From Verrucomicrobiota bacterium (lineage in GTDB: Bacteria > Verrucomicrobiota > Verrucomicrobiia > Opitutales > Seribacteraceae), in assembly GCA_027622665.1 (NCBI GenBank), contig JAQBYT010000017.1:9210-73209 (forward strand): 64,000 nucleotides of DNA. The letters are read 5' to 3'. Under the pieces are notes generated by a model. That model was given only the letters and a program-made list of their open reading frames with translations. It searched no databases and was not told where the DNA came from. The translations under genes were made by a program, and so were the position numbers. Of this stretch, positions 38,061-47,733 are shown piece by piece (position 1 is the first letter of the stretch; each line of letters starts with the position of its first letter).

Positions 38061-38663
38061 TTAGCTGTCTTTTTGGACGAAGAACTGAGCTTTACGCTCC
38101 ATGCTTGCGGTCGAGGAATCTGCGTTTGGCGTCGCCCTATCATCACCCATGGATCTTATGTCGATGCGTTTGGCGTCGCACCCAAGGTCGATCAAGTATT
38201 GTTGGATGCTGGAGGCTCGTCGATCGCCCAGCGCCATGTTGTAGGCCGATGTGCCTTTCCAGTCGCAGTGGCCTTCGATCAGGATGCGGGAATCACGATT
38301 GATTTGCATGAACTCAGCTACTTGCTGCAGTTTGGATCTCTCCTCTTGGCCAACGTTGTATTGGTCGAATCCAAAGTAAATGGCCTCAAATGGACTGTCT
38401 GCTAGATCGATGGCACCAGGGGCGTCCCATGAGGTGGTCTGAGGCACAAGACCGTCTCCCCCTAAACCCTGTCCAAATGGTTCGCCTGAGGTGGCGAAAT
38501 CGCCTTCACCGAATCTGCCGGCGATACCGTCGCCATTGTAAGTGTTGCGCCCACCGCTTTTAATGAGCACCGTGTCATCAGGATTCGGTCCATCCTTCTT
38601 GGAGCAACCAAAAGAAAACCCGACTAAAACACCACATACTACCAACAACTTTATTTTTTTCAT
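38061..38663 (-). CDS. OmpA/Pal family peptidoglycan-associated lipoprotein (tandem paralog)
   Basis: Start MKKIKLL at 38663, SFGC lipobox; YFGFDQY, EGHCDWKGTSAYN.ALGDRRA. Confidence 0.9.
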   Translation of the reverse strand: MKKIKLLVVCGVLVGFSFGCSKKDGPNPDDTVLIKSGGRNTYNGDGIAGRFGEGDFATSGEPFGQGLGGDGLVPQTTSWDAPGAIDLADSPFEAIYFGFDQYNVGQEERSKLQQVAEFMQINRDSRILIEGHCDWKGTSAYNMALGDRRASSIQQYLIDLGCDAKRIDIRSMGDDRATPNADSSTASMERKAQFFVQKDS

Positions 38664-38738
38664 AATTATACTTTTCACCACATTTTTAAAACAAGCCATT
38701 CCCATAACTTAGCTGGGGAAACCATCTATCCCCCTTAA

Positions 38739-39602
38739 ATGGACTTCGTCAACGAGAAAACGTTCGAGAAATCACCAGTTTGTATTTTGCTCGACAACGG
38801 TTCCCTGAAACCAAGCGCCATTCTGGCTCTTCGACGAGTGGCCGATCAATTGGCGTTGCGCACGAATTTAGATTTCCATGCCGCTGGTCTGCTTCATTCA
38901 GGCAAGGTGGATGCTTCCCATTTGGATGGTCGACCCGCTCGTGTATTCGTGGAGGCGATGCAGGAGTTGCTGGAGGAGGGACATCGAGACTTCCTTCTCC
39001 TGCCTTTTTTTCTCGGGCCTAGTCTCGGCATCGTGGATTGGCTTCCTCGGAAATTGGAAGTCTTTCACAATAACTTTCATGGCCTAAAGGTTAAGGTAGC
39101 CCCTTCTTTGTTTGGAGATGGGGCCGGAGCAGAGTCTTTGGCTTCGGCGATTAGGGATCGGGTGGGGGAGGTCGTGCAACGGGAGGGATTGCGACGTCCT
39201 TTTGTAGCCCTTGTCGATCATGGGACTCCCGCAATAGCAGTGAACGAGGTTCGCGAGCGGGTGGCCGAGATTGCCGAGTCCTTGCTTGGTCGCGAGGTTG
39301 CGGGCCTTGCGAGTTGCTCGATGGAGCGACGGGCTGAACCTGAATACGACTTCAATGATCCCCTCTTGGCGAACTTGTTGCAGGATCGAAACATAGTGCC
39401 TGCGGGCGACGTCGTGGTCGCCTTGCTTTTTCTGTCTCCGGGAAGGCATGCAGGGGCCGGGGGCGACGTCGAGGTGATCTGCGAGGAGGTGCGACGAGAC
39501 AGGGATGACTTACGAACGTTTTTGACGGAACCGTTGGGGGAGCATCCGGCAATTGTCGACCTCTTGGAGCAACGTGTCCGGGAATGCCTTGACGCGGATT
39601 GA
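38739..39602 (+). CDS. CbiX/SirB-like class II chelatase family protein
   Basis: LDNGS, LPFFLGP, VDHGT, LFLSPGRH, PLGEHP. Confidence 0.8.
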   Translation: MDFVNEKTFEKSPVCILLDNGSLKPSAILALRRVADQLALRTNLDFHAAGLLHSGKVDASHLDGRPARVFVEAMQELLEEGHRDFLLLPFFLGPSLGIVDWLPRKLEVFHNNFHGLKVKVAPSLFGDGAGAESLASAIRDRVGEVVQREGLRRPFVALVDHGTPAIAVNEVRERVAEIAESLLGREVAGLASCSMERRAEPEYDFNDPLLANLLQDRNIVPAGDVVVALLFLSPGRHAGAGGDVEVICEEVRRDRDDLRTFLTEPLGEHPAIVDLLEQRVRECLDAD

Positions 39603-39633
39603 CCTTCCCTTAGTTCCCCTTCAACTTTTCCCC

Positions 39634-40731
39634 ATGAAACTCAAACGAAATTCGAGAATGAGCAAAGCCTCCCTGCTTCTTTCCTTTCTGCTCGGTCCTT
39701 TTTCAACTGGAGAGGCTTGGGCCGATCTTCGCTTGTACCTGGCTAATCGCCGCGACGATTCTCTTATGCGTTTCGACATGGACGAAACCTCGGGAGAACT
39801 TACTCTACTCCAGACTCTCAAGCTGGAAGGAGAGCCTGCCCCCATGTGCGTGAGTCCAGACCAACATACTCTCTACGTCGCAAGGCGCAAGGCGGAGAAG
39901 GTGTCGGCTTTTTCGATTTCCCCCAAGGACGGTTCCTTGACATTGATTTCGGAGACGTCGATCCCCGGCGAAGGCGGGGCTTGCTACCTCTCGACTGATC
40001 GTTCGGGCAATTTTCTCCTTTCTGCTTATTACTCCGAGGGCAAGGTAGCCGTGCACAAATTAAGCGAGAACGGTTCCGTGAACAAGGGAGCCCTCCAGAC
40101 GATTACCACCGAAAAGAACGCCCACTGCATCCTTCCCGATCATCGCAATCGACTTGTCCTCGTGCCTCACACAGGTCCAAACGCAGTTTACCAGTTCATT
40201 CTTGACGAGAAGACGGGCAAGTTAAGTCCAAGTAAGCTCGCGAAGTACGTGCCCGAAAAAAAATTATCGCCGCGTCACGTTGCTTATCATACGGACGGGA
40301 AGTTTGTATATGTGGTAAACGAAGGTAGTTCTTCCGTCACGGCTTGCCTCCTGAAGGACGATGCCATCCATCCCATTCACACTCTTTCCACCTTACCCGC
40401 CGACTTCAAGGAACGCAACTCCTGCGCCGACGTGGAGGTGCATCCTTCGGGGAAGTATCTTTATTGCTCGAATCGAGGTCACGACAGCGTGGCCATGTTC
40501 TCCATCGATGAAAAGACGGGCCGTCTCACTTCCCTCGGTCAAGAGCACACGGAGAAAGTGCCTCGATCCTTTAACGTAGACCCAACGGGCAAGTTCTTGG
40601 TCGCCGCCGGTCTTGGGGCGAATAAGCTTACCGTCTTTCGAATCGATTTAAGCACGGGTAAACTGAAGCCGCTCAAGACCTACGACGTAGGCAAGGGCCC
40701 GACGTGGGTGCAGATTATAAAGCAAGGGTGA
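39634..40731 (+). CDS. Lactonase family (6-phosphogluconolactonase-like) 7-bladed beta-propeller, probably exported
   Basis: AHCI, PRH, YVVNE, SNRGHDS, PRSF; signal-like N-terminus; start at 39634 or 39658. Confidence 0.9.
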   Translation: MKLKRNSRMSKASLLLSFLLGPFSTGEAWADLRLYLANRRDDSLMRFDMDETSGELTLLQTLKLEGEPAPMCVSPDQHTLYVARRKAEKVSAFSISPKDGSLTLISETSIPGEGGACYLSTDRSGNFLLSAYYSEGKVAVHKLSENGSVNKGALQTITTEKNAHCILPDHRNRLVLVPHTGPNAVYQFILDEKTGKLSPSKLAKYVPEKKLSPRHVAYHTDGKFVYVVNEGSSSVTACLLKDDAIHPIHTLSTLPADFKERNSCADVEVHPSGKYLYCSNRGHDSVAMFSIDEKTGRLTSLGQEHTEKVPRSFNVDPTGKFLVAAGLGANKLTVFRIDLSTGKLKPLKTYDVGKGPTWVQIIKQG

Positions 40732-40773
40732 CAGACCGCTTCTGCTCCGGCGCGAAGCCTACTCGAACGATTC

Positions 40774-41814
40774 GTGATTAAAATCCCCGAGCAAGGTTTC
40801 GCCGACGTCGAGGCTTTGGAAGACCATCTTTCCGAGCCATCCGAGTCCCTTGTTGCCGAACTTGCCGAAGTTTCGGGAGATTGGCTCTTCATCGGAGCCG
40901 GTGGGAAGATGGGCCCGACAATGGCCCGTATGGTCCGCAAGGCTCTCGACCGTGCGGGAAATCCCGTTGGCGTAAGTGCGGTCTCAAGATTTTCCGATGC
41001 TCGTGCGCATAAAAGTTTAAATCTTCACGGCATCGAAACCATTACGGCAGACGTCCTCGACCGCGAGTCCGTGGACAAACTCCCCGATGCGGCGAACGTC
41101 GTCTTCATGCTCGGTATGAAGTTCGGGATAACCACAAATCCCTCCCTAGCCTGGGCGATGAATACGCAGGCCCCTGCCATCGTGGCGCAACGTTTTTCCC
41201 ATGCTCGAATAGTGGCTTTCTCCTCGGGCAACGTGTATCCCTACGTTTCTGTGGAAACCGCCGGAGCAAGCGAGGAAGCACCCACCGAGCCCGTGAGTGA
41301 GTACGGATGGTCTCTCCTTGGTCGTGAGAGAACCTTCGAGCATTTTTCCCGCGTGAACGATATTCCCGTAACCATCGTTCGTTTGAATTATTCCGCTGAA
41401 CCACGTTACGGCGTGCTAGTGGACCTCGCCCAGAGCATTCTCGACCGCGACCCTATCGACCTTTCCATGGGTCACCTCAACTTCATCTGGCAACGTGACG
41501 CCAACGAGCACGCTCTTCGCTCCTTCGGTCTCTCCGCCACTCCACCCGCCATCGTCAACGTAACCGGTGCGGAAGTGCTTGCCGTGCAAGACTTGGCGGA
41601 ACGGTTGGGAGTCGCCCTCGGCATCGATCCTGTTTTGACCGGCGAACCCGCTGCCACCGCACTCCTCAACGATGCCTCCAAGTCCCACCGTCTCTTTGGT
41701 TCGCCCCTCACCTCGACGGATGAGGCTATCCTGGCCGTCGCCCAATGGCTTCAAGCCGGGCATGCCACCTTGGGCAAGCCGACCAAGTTCGAGGCTCGCG
41801 ACGGGAAGTTTTGA
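40774..41814 (+). CDS. NAD-dependent epimerase/dehydratase family protein
   Basis: GAGGKMG, SSGNVY, EYGWS..GRE, RLNY. Confidence 0.88.
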   Translation: MIKIPEQGFADVEALEDHLSEPSESLVAELAEVSGDWLFIGAGGKMGPTMARMVRKALDRAGNPVGVSAVSRFSDARAHKSLNLHGIETITADVLDRESVDKLPDAANVVFMLGMKFGITTNPSLAWAMNTQAPAIVAQRFSHARIVAFSSGNVYPYVSVETAGASEEAPTEPVSEYGWSLLGRERTFEHFSRVNDIPVTIVRLNYSAEPRYGVLVDLAQSILDRDPIDLSMGHLNFIWQRDANEHALRSFGLSATPPAIVNVTGAEVLAVQDLAERLGVALGIDPVLTGEPAATALLNDASKSHRLFGSPLTSTDEAILAVAQWLQAGHATLGKPTKFEARDGKF

Positions 41815-41816
41815 GA

Positions 41817-42899
41817 ATGTCTGCCCATTTACCTCAACCTGATTCCGTAGTTCTCGATTCCCTTCGCGACGGCATCGTCATACCCGCCCATCCCTTAGCC
41901 CTCACTGCCGAACGGAAACTGGACGAGCAGTCCCAGCGAGCCCTCACTCGGTATTATCTGGATGCAGGTGTCGGAGGCTTGGCCGTGGGCGTGCACACCA
42001 CGCAGTTCGCCATTCGCGAACCGCAGCACGGTCTACTACGCCCCGTACTTGAACTGGCTGGAGAAACGGTTCGCGAGCATGAGGAAAAAACCGGGAGACG
42101 AATCGTTCGCGTGGCTGGGGTTTGTGGACAAACCGAGGACGCCATTCGCGATGCCAAACTGGCCCGCGAACTGGACTACGATTTGGGCCTTCTCAATCTG
42201 TCCGCCTTTCCCGATGCCGAAGACGCTGTCCTGCTCGCCCACGCCCGTCGCATAGCCGAAATTATCCCTCTCTTTGGTTTCTACCTTCAGCCCGACATCG
42301 GCGGGCGTCTCCTGTCGCGGGAGTTTTTTCGTGAATTTGCCACTATTCCGAATCTCATCGCCGTAAAGATGGCCGCCTTCGATCGCGAGCTTACCCAAGA
42401 AGCTATCGAGGGCATCGAAGACTCCGGTCGCGGCGACGAGTTGATTTTGTACACGGGCAACGACAATTTCATTATCGAGGACTTGACCGAGGGTTACCTC
42501 ATTCCGACCGCTAACGGTTACACACTCCGCAGAATGGCTGGAGGTCTGCTCGGGCACTGGGCGGTCTGGACAAAGGCCGCCGTGGAGACCTTGGAGACGA
42601 TCAAAGCCGCTCGCTCCTACGTGGATTTCGATCCCGCGGTCTTCGCCGAACTCGCCTCGCAGGTCACCGAGATGAACCATCACCTCTTCGATTTCGACAA
42701 TGCGTTCGATGGCTGCATTCCGGGCGTCCACGAAGTCCTCCGCAGTCAAGGCTTAATGGAGGGAACTTGGTGTCTTAATCCGGACGAGATTTTGTCGGAT
42801 GGACAAGCCGAAGCCCTCGCCCGCTTATCAAAGGCATATCCACACCTGACTGACGACGCTTTCGTCGTCGAGAACCTAGGCCACTGGCTGGCGGACTGA
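41817..42899 (+). CDS. Dihydrodipicolinate synthase / class I aldolase family protein
   Basis: IPAHPLAL, GLAVGVHTTQF, FGFYLQP, AVKMA, YTGND; ATG at 41817. Confidence 0.85.
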   Translation: MSAHLPQPDSVVLDSLRDGIVIPAHPLALTAERKLDEQSQRALTRYYLDAGVGGLAVGVHTTQFAIREPQHGLLRPVLELAGETVREHEEKTGRRIVRVAGVCGQTEDAIRDAKLARELDYDLGLLNLSAFPDAEDAVLLAHARRIAEIIPLFGFYLQPDIGGRLLSREFFREFATIPNLIAVKMAAFDRELTQEAIEGIEDSGRGDELILYTGNDNFIIEDLTEGYLIPTANGYTLRRMAGGLLGHWAVWTKAAVETLETIKAARSYVDFDPAVFAELASQVTEMNHHLFDFDNAFDGCIPGVHEVLRSQGLMEGTWCLNPDEILSDGQAEALARLSKAYPHLTDDAFVVENLGHWLAD

Positions 42900-43030
42900 A
42901 CTTGTCGAGCATTCGCTCGCAATTACTCTGATGCTTTTGCCCGTTTCCTCAAAAAGGCGGCTGTTTGACAGCTATGCTTTCACCGCCAAATATAATGTAA
43001 TCTATGTTTTCCCGATGAGCGATCTTCCAC

Positions 43031-44020
43031 TTACTTTTCCACCAGCCAGATATTCTGAAAGCGGACCGGGTTGCCGTGCCCTTGAAGATTAATTTGGCCC
43101 TTTTCCTTTTCCGGTCTTCCGCCGCCGGCTCCGGTGCCCTTGTCCAGTTCGAAGTCATCGTGAATGAGGACCCCGTTGTGGCGGGTGGTGATGCGGGCGT
43201 TCTTAATTTTTTTGCCGTCTTTGAATCGAGGGGTGGTGAATTCAATGTCGTAGGTTTGCCAGACGAGGGGAGGGAGGCACATGTTCACGGCGGGTGGCTT
43301 CTTGCGATAGAGGGCTCCGCAAAAATTGAACTCTCCCTTTATGCCGAATGAGTCGAGGATCTGGGTCTCGTAGTTGTTGAATATATAGACTCCGCTATTG
43401 CCGCGATCCTGGCTGCCCGGCTTGGTATTCGGTTTGTAGGGGGTACGAAACTCAAGGTGCAGGGTGAAATCGCCGAATGAGTCCATCGACACTACGCCTT
43501 CTTTTAGTAATTTGCCGTCCAGTTTCTTCCCGTTGGAGAAACGGTCGGCCCCTTTGCCGCCGAAGAGCATCTTTGCCTTCTTGGGCGCTGCTTTCCCGAG
43601 GGTCGGGCTCTTGCGCTCCACCCGGTCGTAGACGAACAGTTTTTCGTCGCCCTTGGTTCCGGTCGCGGTGTCGCCCTGGATGACAACGGTCGCGCCGTCG
43701 GCGCCCGTCAAGGTTGTCTTGCCGTCCTTGGTCTCGCCTTTAAGCAGAACGAATTCGTTGTTCTCGGCACCGCTGCCGGGGAGACCGCCTTTGTAGAGCG
43801 CTGCCTGAAATTTTCCGTCGCCGAGAGCCACGACTTGGAGGCCGTAACCGCGGCTATCTTTTCCGATGGCAGGGGATGCTGCGTATTCGCCTTGGATGGC
43901 GAAGTCGGGATCCTTGGCGGCTTCTTTCGGATCGGTGATGGCATTGCCGGGTTTGGCCGCGTGGAGAATATAAGCCCCCGCAACGAGCAAGGCGGCGATA
44001 AAGGTCATTTTAATCTTCAT
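43031..44020 (-). CDS. DUF1080 (3-keto-disaccharide hydrolase family) secreted protein
   Basis: GDFTLHLEF, GNSGVY, YETQILD, WQTYDI, LQGHG.PV.FQNIW. Confidence 0.9.
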   Translation of the reverse strand: MKIKMTFIAALLVAGAYILHAAKPGNAITDPKEAAKDPDFAIQGEYAASPAIGKDSRGYGLQVVALGDGKFQAALYKGGLPGSGAENNEFVLLKGETKDGKTTLTGADGATVVIQGDTATGTKGDEKLFVYDRVERKSPTLGKAAPKKAKMLFGGKGADRFSNGKKLDGKLLKEGVVSMDSFGDFTLHLEFRTPYKPNTKPGSQDRGNSGVYIFNNYETQILDSFGIKGEFNFCGALYRKKPPAVNMCLPPLVWQTYDIEFTTPRFKDGKKIKNARITTRHNGVLIHDDFELDKGTGAGGGRPEKEKGQINLQGHGNPVRFQNIWLVEK

Positions 44021-44043
44021 TAGCTTGATGGTGATGAAATTAC

Positions 44044-45270
44044 TTATCCTTTAATGCAAAAAAGATGATTTACGCCTCGAATGTAAAGGCGTCCATTTGA
44101 AAAAGCGGGCGTGGCGAAGGTTTTCTCTCCCACTATGTTTTCAGCGACGATTTCGAAATTGGGGCCTGCTTTTACGACGGTCATGATGCCCTGGTCCGAG
44201 AGGAAGTAAACCAAGCCGTTTGCCTTGAGGAGCGAGGCGCTGTGCCCACCCTTAAGTCTTTCCATCCACAACCTTTCTCCTGTTTTTGCCACGAAGCAAC
44301 TGGCTACGCCGTTGTCGGCCACCACGATAAAGTAGGGCCCGATTGCAACTGGACTTGGCACGTAGGAACAACCCTTGGTCGTTTCCCACACGATGTGAGT
44401 TTTCGTGACGTTGCCGGACCCGTTGGGGCGAATGGCCTGCATGTAGCGCTTGGGAAATCCACAGGTCATAAAGAGAAGGTCCCCGTTGTAAACAAGGGAG
44501 GCGACGTATTGTTGGGTGGGTCCGTCGCTGATCCAGTGCTGTTTTCCCGTGTCGGGATCGTAACTGGCTACGCAAAGACTACCCGAGAGGATGAGCTGGT
44601 TACGACCATCGATGACACGGAGCAAGGGAGTGCAATAACTGCGGGTGTTGTTTGGGCGATCTGTCTTCCAGATTGTCTTCCCCGTCTTCTTGTCGAGGGC
44701 GACCAGATAGCCGGGCCCGTCGTGGTCGCCGTTTATGATTACCTTGTCGTTCCATAGTACAGGTGAAGAACAGTAGCCGTGCATGCTGGCGAAGACACCT
44801 GGTCGCGTTTCCCATAGTTTATTCCCTTCGAGATCGTAGGCGGCGACAAACATGCTCTTTTTGTCGAGGAAGCTCAGGTAGATGCGCTTGCCGTCGGAGA
44901 TGGGCGTGCTGGAGGCCCGACTGTTGAGGCGATGGACTCGTTCCAGTGGAGATTTCAATACCACCTTGCGCCACAGTTCTTTACCGCTTTTTCTATCTAG
45001 GCAGAAGAGTTCGCGTGTTTCAGTCTTCTCGATGACTGTGACGACGTAAATACGATCCCCGATGATGATTGGCGAGGCGTGTCCCTTGCCCGTGATCGGC
45101 GTTTTCCATACGAGATTTTCAGGTAACTTCCAGTCTACGGGAGCTTTCGGGTCGCTGACGGTGCCATCCCCCAATGCTCCTCTCCATGCGGGCCAATCTT
45201 CGGCGTAAGCATGGGAGATGAATCCGTTTGCTGCGAAAGCTGCACAGGCTAAAATAAAGAATTTGCTCAT
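44044..45270 (-). CDS. Secreted PQQ-like beta-propeller repeat protein
   Basis: DWPAWRG, GHASPII, SSP, ALDKKTGK.IW, ATPA..GRLYIR. Confidence 0.9.
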   Translation of the reverse strand: MSKFFILACAAFAANGFISHAYAEDWPAWRGALGDGTVSDPKAPVDWKLPENLVWKTPITGKGHASPIIIGDRIYVVTVIEKTETRELFCLDRKSGKELWRKVVLKSPLERVHRLNSRASSTPISDGKRIYLSFLDKKSMFVAAYDLEGNKLWETRPGVFASMHGYCSSPVLWNDKVIINGDHDGPGYLVALDKKTGKTIWKTDRPNNTRSYCTPLLRVIDGRNQLILSGSLCVASYDPDTGKQHWISDGPTQQYVASLVYNGDLLFMTCGFPKRYMQAIRPNGSGNVTKTHIVWETTKGCSYVPSPVAIGPYFIVVADNGVASCFVAKTGERLWMERLKGGHSASLLKANGLVYFLSDQGIMTVVKAGPNFEIVAENIVGEKTFATPAFSNGRLYIRGVNHLFCIKG

Positions 45271-45432
45271 TCTGCTAATTTGTCGGTTGGGGAGTGTTTT
45301 ACCAGTCTAAAGCAAGCTTAGGCAAAGCTTTGTCCTTGAAGGTCAATCGGATTGATCTAGGTTTTACTTTGCTCGCTTTATGGTGACTACTTCCTTTCCC
45401 AAGCTTAATAACCAAAGCAATAATTTAATCAT

Positions 45433-46923
45433 ATGAGTTTCGAACCATCTCTCCTAGCTGAAATAAAAGACATTCTGTCCCAAGGAGCAATCTCCGGTTT
45501 TGCCGGCGGAGAAGAGTTGGCTTCCTCGAGTGGTGAGACCTTTCCCGTATATGATCCGGGAAGCGGAGAAAAACTAGCCGACGTACATAACCTACAAGCC
45601 GAAGACGTTGATCGAGCGGTGGAGTTGGCCGGCAAAGCTTTCGAAAATGCCCAATGGGCCAACCTTCCCGTCAATGAGCGGTGCGTGTACCTGCATCGAC
45701 TGGCCGACGAGGTGGAGAACAGGAAGCCTTTGATTTCTCACTTGGAGTCAATGGACTGCGGCAAGATTCTTGCTCAGGCGGAGGACGACGTTCAGAACTT
45801 CATCGACACCATGCGCTACTTCGCAGATCTCGCCCAGAACATGCAACTGCGGACGGTACTTGCAGTGAAGGGCCATGAGGCTGCCTACGCAAGGCACCCG
45901 TGGGGCGTTTGCGGAAGCATCGTCCCATGGAACTTTCCTTTTCTTCTTTGTGGTTGGGGCATCGCGCCCGCCTTGGCTGCTGGCAACACCGTGGTAGTGA
46001 AGCCTGCCGAGGACACTCCCTTGACCACGCTTTACTTAGCCCGCATGGTAAAGGAAATCGGTTTCCCGGACGGCGTGGTGAACGTTGTGCCCGGTTTGGG
46101 CGGAGTCACGGGAGCAGCTCTTGCAGCAAACTCAAAGCTTTCTCGGATGTCCTTCACGGGGTCACCCGAGGTCGGGCGCCTCGTGGCCGCGGAATGCGGT
46201 CGCAATCTAGTGCCGGTTAAGCTGGAGCTCGGGGGCAAAGGGGCTGCCGTGGTTTTCGACGACGTTGACGTTCCCGAGACCGCTCAAAAGCTGGTCGAAG
46301 CCATTACCTTTCACTCGGGGCAAGTCTGTTGTGACGCTACCCGCTGGCTTGTGCAGAAATCTGTTTACGACGAATTCGTCAATGAGGTTGCGGAACGTAT
46401 GAAAAAAGTAGTCATTGGGTATCCTTCCGCCGAGGGATCCGCAATGGGACCCGTGGTGAGCGAAAAACAAAAGTCACGCGTGCTCAGCTACCTTAAAAAA
46501 GGAGTGGATGAAGGCGCCGAGGTCGTTTTGGAAGGGGGGGCGGCCGAAGTCGAGGGACATTCGGGTGGATATTACGTAAAGCCCGCGCTTCTTGCGGGTT
46601 CACTCGACAACGTTGCCGCACGTGAGGAAATCTTCGGTCCCGTAGCCTATCTCGCACCCTTCGATACCGAGGTGGAGGGACTAGCTAAGGCAAATGACAC
46701 CCCTTACGGTCTCGCCAACAGTGTTTGGTCGAGCGACCTTTCTCGCTGTCGGCGAGTGGCCGAGTCGTTCGAGACAGGCAACGGCTGGATCAACAGCCAC
46801 AACGTGGTCGTGCATGGCATTCCCTATGGTGGCGTGAAGCAGAGCGGAATGGGTGGCGGCGTAGGTTCCCTGGAGACTCTTCTCGACTATTACCGAGGCA
46901 TCTCGGTCATACGTCCTCTTTAG
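45433..46923 (+). CDS. NAD(P)-dependent aldehyde dehydrogenase
   Basis: PWNFP, KPAE, FTGS, LELGGK, GQVCC, EEIFGP, YGL. Confidence 0.96.
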   Translation: MSFEPSLLAEIKDILSQGAISGFAGGEELASSSGETFPVYDPGSGEKLADVHNLQAEDVDRAVELAGKAFENAQWANLPVNERCVYLHRLADEVENRKPLISHLESMDCGKILAQAEDDVQNFIDTMRYFADLAQNMQLRTVLAVKGHEAAYARHPWGVCGSIVPWNFPFLLCGWGIAPALAAGNTVVVKPAEDTPLTTLYLARMVKEIGFPDGVVNVVPGLGGVTGAALAANSKLSRMSFTGSPEVGRLVAAECGRNLVPVKLELGGKGAAVVFDDVDVPETAQKLVEAITFHSGQVCCDATRWLVQKSVYDEFVNEVAERMKKVVIGYPSAEGSAMGPVVSEKQKSRVLSYLKKGVDEGAEVVLEGGAAEVEGHSGGYYVKPALLAGSLDNVAAREEIFGPVAYLAPFDTEVEGLAKANDTPYGLANSVWSSDLSRCRRVAESFETGNGWINSHNVVVHGIPYGGVKQSGMGGGVGSLETLLDYYRGISVIRPL

Positions 46924-46932
46924 GATGCGAGC

Positions 46933-47733
46933 GTGAGAGCAAAAGTCGCCATCGCAGTCGCGGCTCATCCCGACGACATCGAGTTCATGATGGGTGGGAC
47001 ACTCCTTCTGTTGAAGCAAGCCGGTTGGGAGATTCATTACTTGAACGTGTCCTCCGGGAATTGCGGAAGCCAAAAGATGAACGCCGAGGAAACGGTCCAA
47101 GTTCGGAGCGATGAAGCCCAGCGGGCTGCGGAATTGCTTGGTGCGACATGGCATCCTGGGTTTTCCAACGACTTGGGAATTCTCTATGATCTCGGTCACC
47201 TTCGCAAACTTGCCGCCATCCTTCATGAGGTTGCCCCGGACGTCGTGCTCACGCATTCCCCGCAAGATTACATGGAGGACCACGTAAACGTTTGCCGATT
47301 GGCGGTTACGGCGGCGTTCACGCATTCGATGCCCAATTTCGAGACCGATCCCCCAAGGGAGCCTCCCCTAAAGGAGGTTGTCGTCTACCATGCCATGCCC
47401 TACGGTTTGAGGGACAATCTGCGAAAGAGAGTGGATGCCGGTTTGTTCGTCGACGTGTCGACTGTAGCGGAAGAAAAACTTGCGGCTCTTTCCGCTCACG
47501 AGAGTCAACGCTCTTGGTTGGATGCAAGCCAAGGCCTAGATTCTTATCTGGCCAAAATGGAAGAATTAGATCGTGAAGTGGGAAAACTATCGGGGCGTTT
47601 CGAACGGTCCGAAGGTTGGCGCAGGCATCATCATCTTGGCTTTAGTTCGGAGGACTTGGATCCGCTGGCGGATGCCCTAGGCGAGTTTTGTTACATTAAC
47701 GAGGAATACGAAAGGAACTTGGATCATGCCTAG
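46933..47733 (+). CDS. PIG-L/LmbE family N-deacetylase
   Basis: AHPDDIE, R..EA, EDH, HESQ. Confidence 0.92.
   Translation: MRAKVAIAVAAHPDDIEFMMGGTLLLLKQAGWEIHYLNVSSGNCGSQKMNAEETVQVRSDEAQRAAELLGATWHPGFSNDLGILYDLGHLRKLAAILHEVAPDVVLTHSPQDYMEDHVNVCRLAVTAAFTHSMPNFETDPPREPPLKEVVVYHAMPYGLRDNLRKRVDAGLFVDVSTVAEEKLAALSAHESQRSWLDASQGLDSYLAKMEELDREVGKLSGRFERSEGWRRHHHLGFSSEDLDPLADALGEFCYINEEYERNLDHA

Noticed and set aside
41817..42899. dapA (lysine biosynthesis)
   Set aside because: Lacks the GTTGE motif, is longer than DapA and sits in a catabolic context.
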